64,000 nucleotides of DNA from Phycisphaerae bacterium (lineage in GTDB: Bacteria; Planctomycetota; Phycisphaerae; UBA1845): positions 1,792,001 to 1,856,000 of the forward strand of contig CAXXGO010000001.1 in assembly GCA_963666835.2 (NCBI GenBank). Direction: 5' to 3'. The notes under the pieces were generated by a model that made no database searches, had not been told where the DNA came from, and saw nothing but the letters and a program-made list of their open reading frames with translations. The position numbers were made by a program, and so were the translations under genes. Positions 1-9,400 of the stretch are shown in pieces (the stretch's first letter is position 1; each line of letters starts with the position of its first letter).

Positions 1-1128
1 ATCAAGGATGACGGCAGCATTCGCCTGAACCTGCGCTACTTCTCTCACACCCGGTCTACGACCCGGACCATTAATGACCGCTGGACCGACCTGTTCGGAC
101 AGCCACAGCGCCGGCCGGAGGCCGAGCTTACCGATTTCCATCGCGACATCGCTCATTCAGGGCAGAAGATCGTCGAGGAGATCATGGTGAAGACCGCTGC
201 GCACGTTCACCGGGAGACCGGCATGGACAATCTGTGCCTGGCCGGCGGGGTGGGGCTCAACTGCGTCGCGAACTGGCGCATTCTGCAGGAATCCGGTTTC
301 AAGGACATCTTCATCCAGCCGGCCGCCGGTGACTCCGGTGGGGCGGTGGGTACGGCGTTCTACATATACAACTCCGTGCTGAAAAACCCGCGTGTCTTCC
401 GCATGGAGCATGCTTTCTGGGGGCCGTCGTTTGACGATGCGGAAATTCGGAGCACCCTGGAGGCGGAAGGAGCGGCGTACGAGGTTGTCGAAGATGAAGA
501 CGCTTTGCTGCGGCGGGCGGCCCGGATGATTGCCGAAGGTAAGGTGATCGGTTGGTTTTCGGGGCGGTTGGAATTCGGGCCGCGCGCCTTGGGAGCCCGG
601 TCGCTTCTGGCCGATCCGCGCAGTCTGCAGATGAAAGACGTGATCAATGCGAAGGTGAAGTTCCGGGAAGCGTTTCGCCCGTTTGCCCCCGCGGTGCTCA
701 AGGAGCACGCTCACGAGTACTTCGAGATGCCGCCCGGGATGGACGCGCCGTATATGTTGCTGGTTCCGAAGGTGCGCGAGGACAAGCGGGCGGTGATCCC
801 GGCCGTGACTCACGAGGACGGCACGGGCCGAGTGCAGACGGTTACCGAAGCGCAGCATGGACGTTATTATCGCCTGATTAAGGCCTTTGGAGAGATCACC
901 GGGGTTCCGGTGGTTATCAACACGTCGTTTAACGTGCGCGGGGAGCCGATTGTGTGTACGCCGAAGGACGCTTACCATACGTTCCTCAATACCGGGATCG
1001 ACGCTCTGGTGATTGGCAATTGTGTAGTCACCGATAAGCCGGGCGAGGTTGATTTCGAGGCGGGCATGAGGCGGAGCGTGGAGTTGGAGGCGGCGCCGGT
1101 TGCGGCGCCCCGGGAAGGTGCCCGCTAG
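1..1128 (+). CDS. O-carbamoyltransferase, NodU/CmcH family (5' end outside window)
   Basis: Frame is open from base 1. Motifs LCLAGGVGLNCVAN, QPAAGDSGGAVG, GRLEFGPRALGARSLLADPR, KFREAFRPFAP, NTSFNVRGEPIV. Confidence 0.93.
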   Translation: MKDDGSIRLNLRYFSHTRSTTRTINDRWTDLFGQPQRRPEAELTDFHRDIAHSGQKIVEEIMVKTAAHVHRETGMDNLCLAGGVGLNCVANWRILQESGFKDIFIQPAAGDSGGAVGTAFYIYNSVLKNPRVFRMEHAFWGPSFDDAEIRSTLEAEGAAYEVVEDEDALLRRAARMIAEGKVIGWFSGRLEFGPRALGARSLLADPRSLQMKDVINAKVKFREAFRPFAPAVLKEHAHEYFEMPPGMDAPYMLLVPKVREDKRAVIPAVTHEDGTGRVQTVTEAQHGRYYRLIKAFGEITGVPVVINTSFNVRGEPIVCTPKDAYHTFLNTGIDALVIGNCVVTDKPGEVDFEAGMRRSVELEAAPVAAPREGAR

Positions 1129-1185
1129 AGAAGCTGCTATGTCGAAAGAGACACCCGTGCGGCACGAGTGCGGAGAGGGCTAGTC

Positions 1186-1344
1186 ATGGCCAAGCAGTCT
1201 TTGTTGAGAGAGTTCTTCCTCTTCATCAAACATGAGAAGAAGTGGTGGCTGGTGCCGCTGATTCTCGTGATTCTGCTCGTGGGGGCGGTGATTCTCTTCG
1301 CCGGTAGCTCGCCGTTGGCTCCGTTCCTGTACCCGTTGTTCTGA
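1186..1344 (+). CDS. Small membrane protein, DUF5989/SxtK-like (52 aa)
   Basis: Manual translation MAKQSLLREFFLFIKHEKKWWLVPLILVILLVGAVILFAGSSPLAPFLYPLF. The KKWWL..P and APFxYxLF signatures are typical of the family that follows carbamoyltransferases. Too short for the ORF track. Confidence 0.88.
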   Translation: MAKQSLLREFFLFIKHEKKWWLVPLILVILLVGAVILFAGSSPLAPFLYPLF

Positions 1345-1391
1345 CCGCAGATGCCGTGTCGATGGGGTGCTTTGCCGGCCGACTCTTGCGG

Positions 1392-1799
1392 TTAAGGCCC
1401 GACATGGACGAGGCAATGCCGCGCGGAACCACGGCGGCGATGCTCCCAGAGATAGACTCCCTGCCACGTTCCCAAACCGAGCCGGCCACCGATGACGGGG
1501 ATCGACAGCGTGGTGGCCGTCAACGCCGCTTTGATGTGCGAGGGCATGTCATCCGGACCTTCTGCGGTGTGCGTGTAGATTGCGTCGCGCTGCGGCACCA
1601 AACGGTCGAGCCAGTTCTCGAGATCGTGCCTGGCGGAGGGATCGGCGTTTTCCTGGATGGTGAGGCTGGCCGATGTGTGCTGCACCATCACTGTGCACAG
1701 CCCGTCGTCGATCTTGGATTCGCCGACTACGGTCTGCAGCTCCGCGGTGATGTCGACCAGCCCCTTCTTCGTGGTCTGGATCGTGATCCTCTTGGTCAT
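1392..1799 (-). CDS. yjbQ: YjbQ/UPF0047 family protein (secondary thiamine-phosphate synthase)
   Basis: Motifs HTSASLTIQENADP, HTAEGPDDMPSHIKA, LGTWQGVYLWEHR. Confidence 0.93.
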   Translation of the reverse strand: MTKRITIQTTKKGLVDITAELQTVVGESKIDDGLCTVMVQHTSASLTIQENADPSARHDLENWLDRLVPQRDAIYTHTAEGPDDMPSHIKAALTATTLSIPVIGGRLGLGTWQGVYLWEHRRRGSARHCLVHVGP

Positions 1800-2199
1800 T
1801 GACCGTTCCGTTATCTCGATGTCGGTTGGGCGGCACGATACGGGATGAAAGACGTATCCCCCGATGAAACACGCCGGAACGGGTCGACCACGGAGGTTGG
1901 CGCTCCGGTGAACCGGATTAGTGTCGCTCTAAGGCGAATGCCCTGACGCCCCGGGATCAAAAACCTCTAACCCGGTACTTGGGCCCGGTCTGGCCCGTTC
2001 CGGCGGGGCTATTATCCCACGAATCGGCGGCGTGTCCATGCCGCGTTGCGGGCAGTTGATGGTGGATTCCGCACGTTTCATGCGGGATCTTGACCTGGGT
2101 TGTCCGGCGAGTTATCCTATCAGGCTACGTGGGGGTGTTTTGAGAGAGGGCGCCCGCCGCTCGGGTTTCGGGGGAAATCAACTTCTGGAGGGGCAATCC

Positions 2200-3621
2200 A
2201 TGTTCAGGCGATCAGTGAGTGGGGCGGTACGTTCGTTGCCGAGTCTGGCTGTCGTTATAATGGCACTGGTCGGGGGCAGTGGCGAGGTTCGCGGGCAGAT
2301 CATCATCGATCACAACTGTACGGATCTTGACCGGGTTCCGGAGTATTGGATCAATCGGGCGAAGGACGAGTTCCGGATGTCCTATGGGCACACCTCGCAC
2401 GGCAGTCAGATCGTTACCGGAATGAACGGAATCAAGGGCGAGGCCGGTTCTCTCTACTGGTGGGACCGCAACGGAACCGACGGAGGGTTGTCACTGTACG
2501 ATTACACGCCGTCGGGCGATCTGGGGAACCCGAATCGCACGACCTGGGAAGCCCGCACGCGGGCTATGTTGGACGCGTCCGGCAACGATCGTAACGTGGT
2601 GATGTGGTCGTGGTGCGGGCAGGCCGATACCAGTGCGGCCAACATGCAGATTTACCTGGATCTGATGAGCGGCCTGGAAGAGAGCTACTCCGACGTTACG
2701 TTCATCTACATGACCGGGCATCTTGCGGGTACCGGCGATGACGGGAATCTACATCAGCGTAACAACCAGATTCGCGATCACTGCACGGCGGCGAACGCGG
2801 TTTTGTTTGATTTTGCGGACATCGAGAGCTACGACCCGGACGGGAACTACTTCCGCGATCTGGATGCCGAGGACGACTGCGACTACTACATCGATTCGGT
2901 CAAGCACAATTGGGCGGACGAGTGGTGCGCGGCGCACCCGGGGCACGAGTTGTGCGCTTCGTGCAGTTGCGCGCACTCCAGGCCGCTCAACTGCAATCTC
3001 AAAGGCCGGGCGTTCTGGTGGATGATGGCGCGGCTAGCCGGGTGGGACGGCAAAAACCTCGCCGACATTGACGAAGACGGCGACGTCGATCTTGACGACT
3101 ACGGGACGTCGGCGGGATGCATGGCCGGGCCGGGAGCTCCCTATGACGCTGGATGCTCTGCGGCGGATCTCAACGATGACGGCGACGTCGATCTGGCGGA
3201 TTTTGCGATTCTGCAGAATGGCGTCACTTGTCTGATCGAATCATCGAGGCCTCGGGTTGAAGGGTACTCCAACGGTGGATGTGAACGGGCGATTGCCGAC
3301 ACGTCACGCGGTGACTACCCGGACTGCGGCGATGATGAAGTCGTCTTCACGCCTCGGATCGGCTCGCTGGACGTGCAACACGCCAACGCAACGTACAACT
3401 GCTGCCCCGACGACATCGCCGTCGGGTTCATTGCGGACGGCTCGAAGCTGCAGTTCACGGAACGCGAGATCCTGACCACACCATGCGACTGTCTTTGCTG
3501 TTACCGGGTTGGCACCTCCATCGCCAACCTGCCCGGTGGGCTCTATTCGGTCGAGTATTGTTGGGATGACTACGAAACCACGTCACCAGTCTGTCACAGT
3601 GAAGATGTGACGATTCCATAG
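2200..3621 (+). CDS. Secreted protein: SGNH-like uncharacterised domain + dockerin-like domain + Cys-rich C-terminal domain
   Basis: GGAGGGG RBS before ATG 2200 and a signal peptide. Motifs YGHTSHGSQ, MWSWCGQ, FDFADIESYDPDG; paired DIDEDGDVDLDD / DLNDDGDVDLAD; NCC...CDCLCC tail. Confidence 0.75.
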   Translation: MFRRSVSGAVRSLPSLAVVIMALVGGSGEVRGQIIIDHNCTDLDRVPEYWINRAKDEFRMSYGHTSHGSQIVTGMNGIKGEAGSLYWWDRNGTDGGLSLYDYTPSGDLGNPNRTTWEARTRAMLDASGNDRNVVMWSWCGQADTSAANMQIYLDLMSGLEESYSDVTFIYMTGHLAGTGDDGNLHQRNNQIRDHCTAANAVLFDFADIESYDPDGNYFRDLDAEDDCDYYIDSVKHNWADEWCAAHPGHELCASCSCAHSRPLNCNLKGRAFWWMMARLAGWDGKNLADIDEDGDVDLDDYGTSAGCMAGPGAPYDAGCSAADLNDDGDVDLADFAILQNGVTCLIESSRPRVEGYSNGGCERAIADTSRGDYPDCGDDEVVFTPRIGSLDVQHANATYNCCPDDIAVGFIADGSKLQFTEREILTTPCDCLCCYRVGTSIANLPGGLYSVEYCWDDYETTSPVCHSEDVTIP

Positions 3622-3723
3622 GATTCGGCGCCGCCTTCCAACAAGGCGCCGGCGTGTGTCCTGTGAAAGGTGCTGGATGGGGGATACGAACCGCTGCTGG
3701 AGGTTGTATTACGCGAAGACCAC

Positions 3724-3753
3724 GGCAGGTCTCGTGCCTCGACCGTGCCCTAC
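3724..3753. repeat. Solitary REP palindrome (GTAGGGCACGGTCGAGG..CGAGACCTGCC class)
   Basis: ggcaggtctcgtgcctcgaccgtgccctac, one mismatch from the copies at 21.8, 22.0, 24.0 and 30.4-30.7 kb. Confidence 0.85.
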
Positions 3754-4119
3754 GCGCGAGTGCGCTTGACGCCGATTGGCGCCCGGTTATGCTCTCCGCG
3801 GGTTTCAGCAGCAAGGGGTGCTGCTTGCCCGGGAATGACACCGCTCGGCGCAGTCAGGGCGCGTTGAGACTCCGAGCGAAGGCACACGCCAAGCTGAAGG
3901 TTTCTTGGATGGGACCGGCTTCTGCAAGTTCGGCGGTTGGGCCGGACACGTTCTTCGGAACGCGGCGCCACGCCTTTGCTTCCGCGAGGCAGCCTCAGGT
4001 CTCGCGAAGGTCGGCAAGCACAGCGCTAAGCGGTAGTTGCCGGGCAGCGCTGGATCGCATACCAAGTAGAAACGCAATCGAAGTCAAGTTTCAGGCGACA
4101 TCGATAGGGAGCACGGGGA

Positions 4120-5073
4120 ATGTCCACGCCCAAAACACCACCTGAAGCGGTGGAGGAGAGCACGGTAGTCCCGCAGTTGAGCAAGCGCGGTCTAAGAGTC
4201 GTAGTCCCACGGCGAGTGGTCATTTGGGGCGCAATCGTGCTTGCATTGACCGTCCTGCTGGTTTTGCAGGCGTTGTTCCCCGAGGTCCGCTTCCTCCCGA
4301 AAATCGACGGTACGTTGAGCGATGGGGCGGTGTTGGCAGTGTTCTTCGCCGCGCTAATGTGCGAGTACATCGATTCAAGCCTCGGCATGGGCTACGGGAC
4401 TACGCTAACGCCATTATTGCTGTTATGTGGGTTCGAGCCGCTGGTGATCGTTCCGGCGGTACTGTTAAGCGAGTTCTGCACGGGGCTTGCGGCCGCGCTG
4501 CTGCACCATCGTGACGGAAACGTCGATTTCCTGAAAGACGTTCGAGCCCGCAAGACCGCGGTTTTGCTGTCCGTTCTGAGTGTTGTCGGAGCGGTTAGCG
4601 CGGCAACGATCGCGTTGAGCGTTCCGAAGCTGTGGTTGAAGTCGATTATCGCCATCATCATTCTGTCGGTCGGCTTCGTTATCCTGATGACGATTCGCCG
4701 GCAGTTGAGGTTTCGTTCGAGGCACATTGTCGCACTGGGTGCGGTTGCAGCGTTCAATAAGGGCCTCAGCGGCGGAGGCTATGGGCCCCTGGTCACCGGC
4801 GGGCAGGTGGTTTCCGGAATGTCGGCGAAACACGCCGTCGCAGTTACTTCGCTGGCGGAGAGCCTGACGTGTCTCGCCGGGCTGGTAGCGTACTTGCTCA
4901 TGAACGGTTCGATAGCGTGGGGGATGGCCCTGCCACTCACGCTCGGAGCGATGATGTCGGTACCGATGGCCACGCTCACCATCCGCCGCTTACCCGAGAA
5001 CGCCGTGCGGGCCGGTATCGGCTTCGCTACGTGTGCGCTGGGTGTATTGATGATTATTAAGCTGATCTGGTAA
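4120..5073 (+). CDS. TauE/SafE (TSUP) family sulfite exporter-like permease
   Basis: Multiple TM helices; DSSLGMGYGTTLTPLL and NKGLSGGGYGPLV repeats. Confidence 0.88.
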   Translation: MSTPKTPPEAVEESTVVPQLSKRGLRVVVPRRVVIWGAIVLALTVLLVLQALFPEVRFLPKIDGTLSDGAVLAVFFAALMCEYIDSSLGMGYGTTLTPLLLLCGFEPLVIVPAVLLSEFCTGLAAALLHHRDGNVDFLKDVRARKTAVLLSVLSVVGAVSAATIALSVPKLWLKSIIAIIILSVGFVILMTIRRQLRFRSRHIVALGAVAAFNKGLSGGGYGPLVTGGQVVSGMSAKHAVAVTSLAESLTCLAGLVAYLLMNGSIAWGMALPLTLGAMMSVPMATLTIRRLPENAVRAGIGFATCALGVLMIIKLIW

Positions 5074-5420
5074 CCGCGTGGGAACGAGGGCACATTTCTG
5101 CGGCGGAGGGCGTCGAACGAGCGCCGAGAGGCCGACGCAACGGCTGTTTCGCGGAACTTGAACGTGGGGATTGCGCCAATGTCGGAATCCCGCGATTGCG
5201 AGGTGCGGCTATCGTAGTCGCCGTTGCTTGCACGAAGGCCTATTCGAAGCGGAAGCTGCCGAGGTAGGCGCGGGATGTTGCCGCGCAGAGAGTCGAGCAG
5301 CGCGCTGAACAGGTCGATAAGAAGCGGGATGCCGTGGCGATTGGTTGCAGTCGGATCTGCCTTCCATCCACCCCGCGCTGGATCGGGTACAACCTGTCTA
5401 ATCCGTTCGGGAGAAAAACA

Positions 5421-5843
5421 ATGCGAGCTGTGAGCTTGATTCTGGTGATTATCGTGAGTGCGTTGGCGGCGGGCTGCCCGTCCGTCCCGGCCGCTCAGGC
5501 GGCGCTCGAAGGAACCTGGGCTATCACCCTGTCCGAGCCCGGTGACTGGACGGGCTGGGATCTGGAGGCCACCTTCAACAGCGCAGGGCGTCTGACGGAA
5601 CTCTCCGGCGTCGACGCAACGGGGATTACGATCACCCAACAGATCAGTAACTCTACGACCACCCTCGACGGAGACGGTCTTACTGTGGAAATCCCCCAAC
5701 TGGGCGTAACGACGGTATTCGCCGGCACAATCAGCGAAGACGGCAACACAGTCACCGGAGCGCTGGCCGATGAGATCGCCTTCGGGAGTTTCGGCGCCAG
5801 CCTTCCCCGCGGCGACCTGACCTTAGAGCGGATTACGGAGTAG
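5421..5843 (+). CDS. Hypothetical lipoprotein (beta-rich)
   Basis: GGGAG RBS; MRAVSLILVIIVSALAAGC lipobox; LEGTW motif. Confidence 0.75.
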   Translation: MRAVSLILVIIVSALAAGCPSVPAAQAALEGTWAITLSEPGDWTGWDLEATFNSAGRLTELSGVDATGITITQQISNSTTTLDGDGLTVEIPQLGVTTVFAGTISEDGNTVTGALADEIAFGSFGASLPRGDLTLERITE

Positions 5844-5897
5844 CAACCCCACCGAACCGGGCGGGTTCTCTATTCTGAATGGGAGCGAGGCGTACGC

Positions 5898-6170
5898 TCA
5901 CGAGTCCTTCCTGGACTTGCCGGATTGGCGCAACCGTCTCTCAAGCTCGGCGCGCCGTTCCCGCCGGAACGCGGGATCGATCGGCAGCGGCTCGCCGCTT
6001 TCGAGGCCTTCCAGAAGCGCCGCCTCAAGCCGGCGCTGAGCGGCCTATTTCTGGGCATTGCGGAGTAGCTCGCGCATGTACTCGCTGGCAGAGCTGTAGC
6101 CACCCTGGGTAATCTGCTCGTCCACGAAGGCCTTCAGCGCATCGGGTAGCGAAATGTCCATCGTAGTCAT
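5898..6170 (-). pseudogene. ParD-like (ribbon-helix-helix) antitoxin interrupted by an in-frame TAG; no toxin gene
   Basis: MTTMDISLPDALKAFVDEQITQGGYSSASEYMRELLRNAQK*AAQRRLEAALLEGLESGEP...; homology continues in frame past the stop at 6045-6047. AGGAGGT RBS. Confidence 0.82.
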
Positions 6171-6428
6171 GGTTACTCCCACCTCCTGGCCGGAAGTGCA
6201 GCACTTTTGGCAAGGTCTGTCAAACATTGCCGTCATCCGCCCGAACAACCGATAACTGCTTGGTCCTCGACATCCACCGGCAGCGCCCGCCGGATTGGCC
6301 TATCTGACATGATGTCCTTTTCGCAGGATCATCAAACCGGTGGCGGAGGCTCACGTTGCACGGGTCGGCGATGATGATCGTGTCCGCTTGGTCGCCACAT
6401 GGTGGTGACCAGTGACGCCGACCGGCCG

Positions 6429-9400
6429 TCAATACTCTCCGGTGAACAGGCGCTGGAACACGGCCAGATCCCTTAGATCCACATCACCGTCAGGGATGTC
6501 GTCCAGGTCGAACAGGTCCTCGCACTCCTGGAACGCCGGGGCAACTCCCGGACCTGAAACACTCAGGCAGATTTCCACGAAGAAATAATCGTCCAGATCT
6601 ACATCGTTGTCGCCGTCGAAGTCGGCAAGCAGCCCGACGATTGTAGTCGTTGTATCCGGAATGACGGACCCGTCACCGGGGTCGGTCGGCGGCGCTTCGA
6701 CGTGGCCGACGTGGTCGCGGGCGACGCTGTAGAAGTCGTATGTATGCCCCACGCGGGCGCCGGTAAACCAGGCACATTCGTCCTCGGTAGTCAGCCAGGT
6801 GCTGTAGGATTCTCCGTTATCCGATACGTACACGGTATAGCCTTCCACGCCCGAGCCGCCAGCGTCATCCTCACCTGACCAACACACATCGAAATGGGCA
6901 TATGGTATCTCGACGGGCAGCGCATCCACCGTGCTGGTCGGTGCCACAGCGTCGATGGTGTTGAGCACTTCAGGCGTCTTGATCGCCTCGTTCCAGTCGA
7001 AGACGATCGATGCTTCGTTGGTGATCTCCGTGCCGGTGGGGAGATCAGCCACCGGCGCGACCGAATAGGTGAGGTATCCCTCGCCGGGGTGGATCAGGCG
7101 CGGCGGGTCGTTCGGGTCGTCCGGGTCGGGATAGAAAATGGACTCCTGATTCGGTGGCAGAAATCCCGCAAAGGGGTCTTCGGGAAAGTAGCCGGTGTTG
7201 ACATCGGCACAGACGATCGACCAGTTGACGACTCCGGTATCGAGATCGATCCCTGCTTCGACATCCACCACCAGCGGCACGAGCGGCGTCTCGGTGTCAT
7301 CATACTGTCGCCAACGCTCCTCCTCTTCGTCCCAAGTCCAGCCGTCAAGCTCGACGCGGCCTTCATAATGATCCAAGCCGTCCGGCACGTCGATGACGGT
7401 ACCGGCAAAGCCGATCTCGTCGAGCGTCAGCGTCTCCCACGCCAGGTTCTCGTGAAGCTGATCGGTCACTTCGATCTTGAGCGCCGCGGCTGTGGCCGCG
7501 GCCAGGTTTTCGAACCGGATGGTGTAAGGTATGGCATAGTCTTCCGCCACGAAGCCAACTTCACCATAGCCGTACGGGCTGAGCTTGTCGTTCGGATCCC
7601 TCGGCGCAATCACGATGATCGGCTCATCGTCAGGCAAACCGTCGCCGTCAAAATCGTCGGGCCTACCGTCTCCATCCGTGTCGTATGCGTCCTCTACACC
7701 ATCTCCGTCGGTGTCCCAACCCCACCGCCCATCACCGTTGCTGTCGATTGGATCACCGTAATCAGGGTCGGGAGGATTAGTATCGTCGTCATCATCGTTG
7801 CCTTCAAAATCGGCAAAGTGATAGCCCCTGCCACCATTGACCAGTGTTTGGCACCAGTCCTGGATTGGTGGATTGCCGGAATGCTCTACGCCGACGCCAT
7901 TACCGACATAGAGGACAACATGGCCATCCGTAAAAACTACGTCGCCGGGCTGAAGATTGCCCAAGTCTTCGGGTGTCGCAATGTTGCTGACTTCGTTTTC
8001 TAGAAGACTGCAACCAGGCTGAGAGATATTCAAACCACCCGCAGAGAGACAAGCGGACACGAAATGCGCACAATCGTGGCCATATCCATCATTGCCACAG
8101 GAACTAGCGGGCCCCAGGACTTCACTTAATGGTTGCCCATACGTGGTCGCATGTTTAACCTCGTTGGTTGGCTCCCCGCAGTAGAATACGCCATCATCGC
8201 AGAATTTGTCGCAGAAGATCGTCCCGTATTGTACAGCGTCAGCTGGGTCATATTGATCCACTGTGGCCGACACATAGAGTTCTCTCACCAAGAACGAGCG
8301 TGCACTGCTTCCGCGACTTGACGGCGCTCCTTGCCGCGTCGCCTCGCGCGCGAGCGAGGATATGTAATCACCCGACGCGTTACCCAGCCGGGCGAGGATT
8401 TCCCGCCAGTGCTCCTCCCAATACTCCTCGGGTATCGAACCGGGCCGAATGTCCATGTACATGCTCTCCCAGTCAATCGGTATAGTGCTTGTTGCCATCA
8501 TCCTCCGCAGTGCGATTCGTGTCGGCCCAATACCACGAAATTCGATGCGGTTGGTTGCCCCCGGGCCCAAAATCCCCGCTGGCCCGGAGGAACTCACGGC
8601 AATAAACTGCTCTGTGGTAAACTTGTGGTGTATATCATGCGGAAGCCACATGGAATACTTGTTGCTTTCCACGATAAGCAACGGTGCGATCATGTCCACA
8701 TTTCCGTGGTTCGTGTACTCCAAGGAGAATCCGACCTCCGCCGTGCCACCTATGGTGTGGACCCGCACGGGACCGGGCATCGCAAAGTGAGCATCAAAGG
8801 CGGGTGCTCCACCGGGGACAACGGTGAAGGCGGAGAACAACGTTCTGATAGCACCAGCGTCGTCAAGCCGAACGTCATAGGTTCCCGGCTCAAGATCTCT
8901 GAGGTCAAAAGTCGGCCAGAGGCTGCCGGTGTTCTCAAGATAGATGGGATCGCCTTGGAGCATGACTTCATCGGAGTCAACCAAGTATGCGAGTGTATCC
9001 GGACGGAAGCGAGACCCCGTCAACTCGAGAGTGACATTGCCTGCATTACCCCCGCTCGAGACCCCTATTCCATTGAGCTCAAACGGAAGATACTCCACTC
9101 GGATGTTGAACGCCGCTGAATTGCCGACAAGCATGTCCCCGTATGCCAGTATGTAGTACCAACCGGCCTGCGTCCCCGGCACGCGCACAGTCTGGTCCGG
9201 ATTCGACACGACATCGTACTTCGCGTCAAACGTGGATCGCGTAGCCGGGTAGTCGTAGCGGATGTAGAGTTCGACTATCCCCATCTCAGCCGTAGCGTCC
9301 AGCGTGACGAGCAGGTCTTCGCCCTCGACAGCATCCACCTTATATTGCCGCATACCGGGGATGGAGGGGAATTCGTCATCAAGACCCGGACATTCAGCGG

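Noticed and set aside
1..1344. Saxitoxin (sxtI/sxtK) or Nod-factor cluster
   Set aside because: Carbamoyltransferase + DUF5989 pairs are widespread, and no other sxt or nod genes are in the window.
6045..6047. Pyrrolysine or amber recoding in the antitoxin
   Set aside because: Many genes here end in TAG at their natural C-termini, no pyl genes are visible, and a nonsense mutation is simpler.
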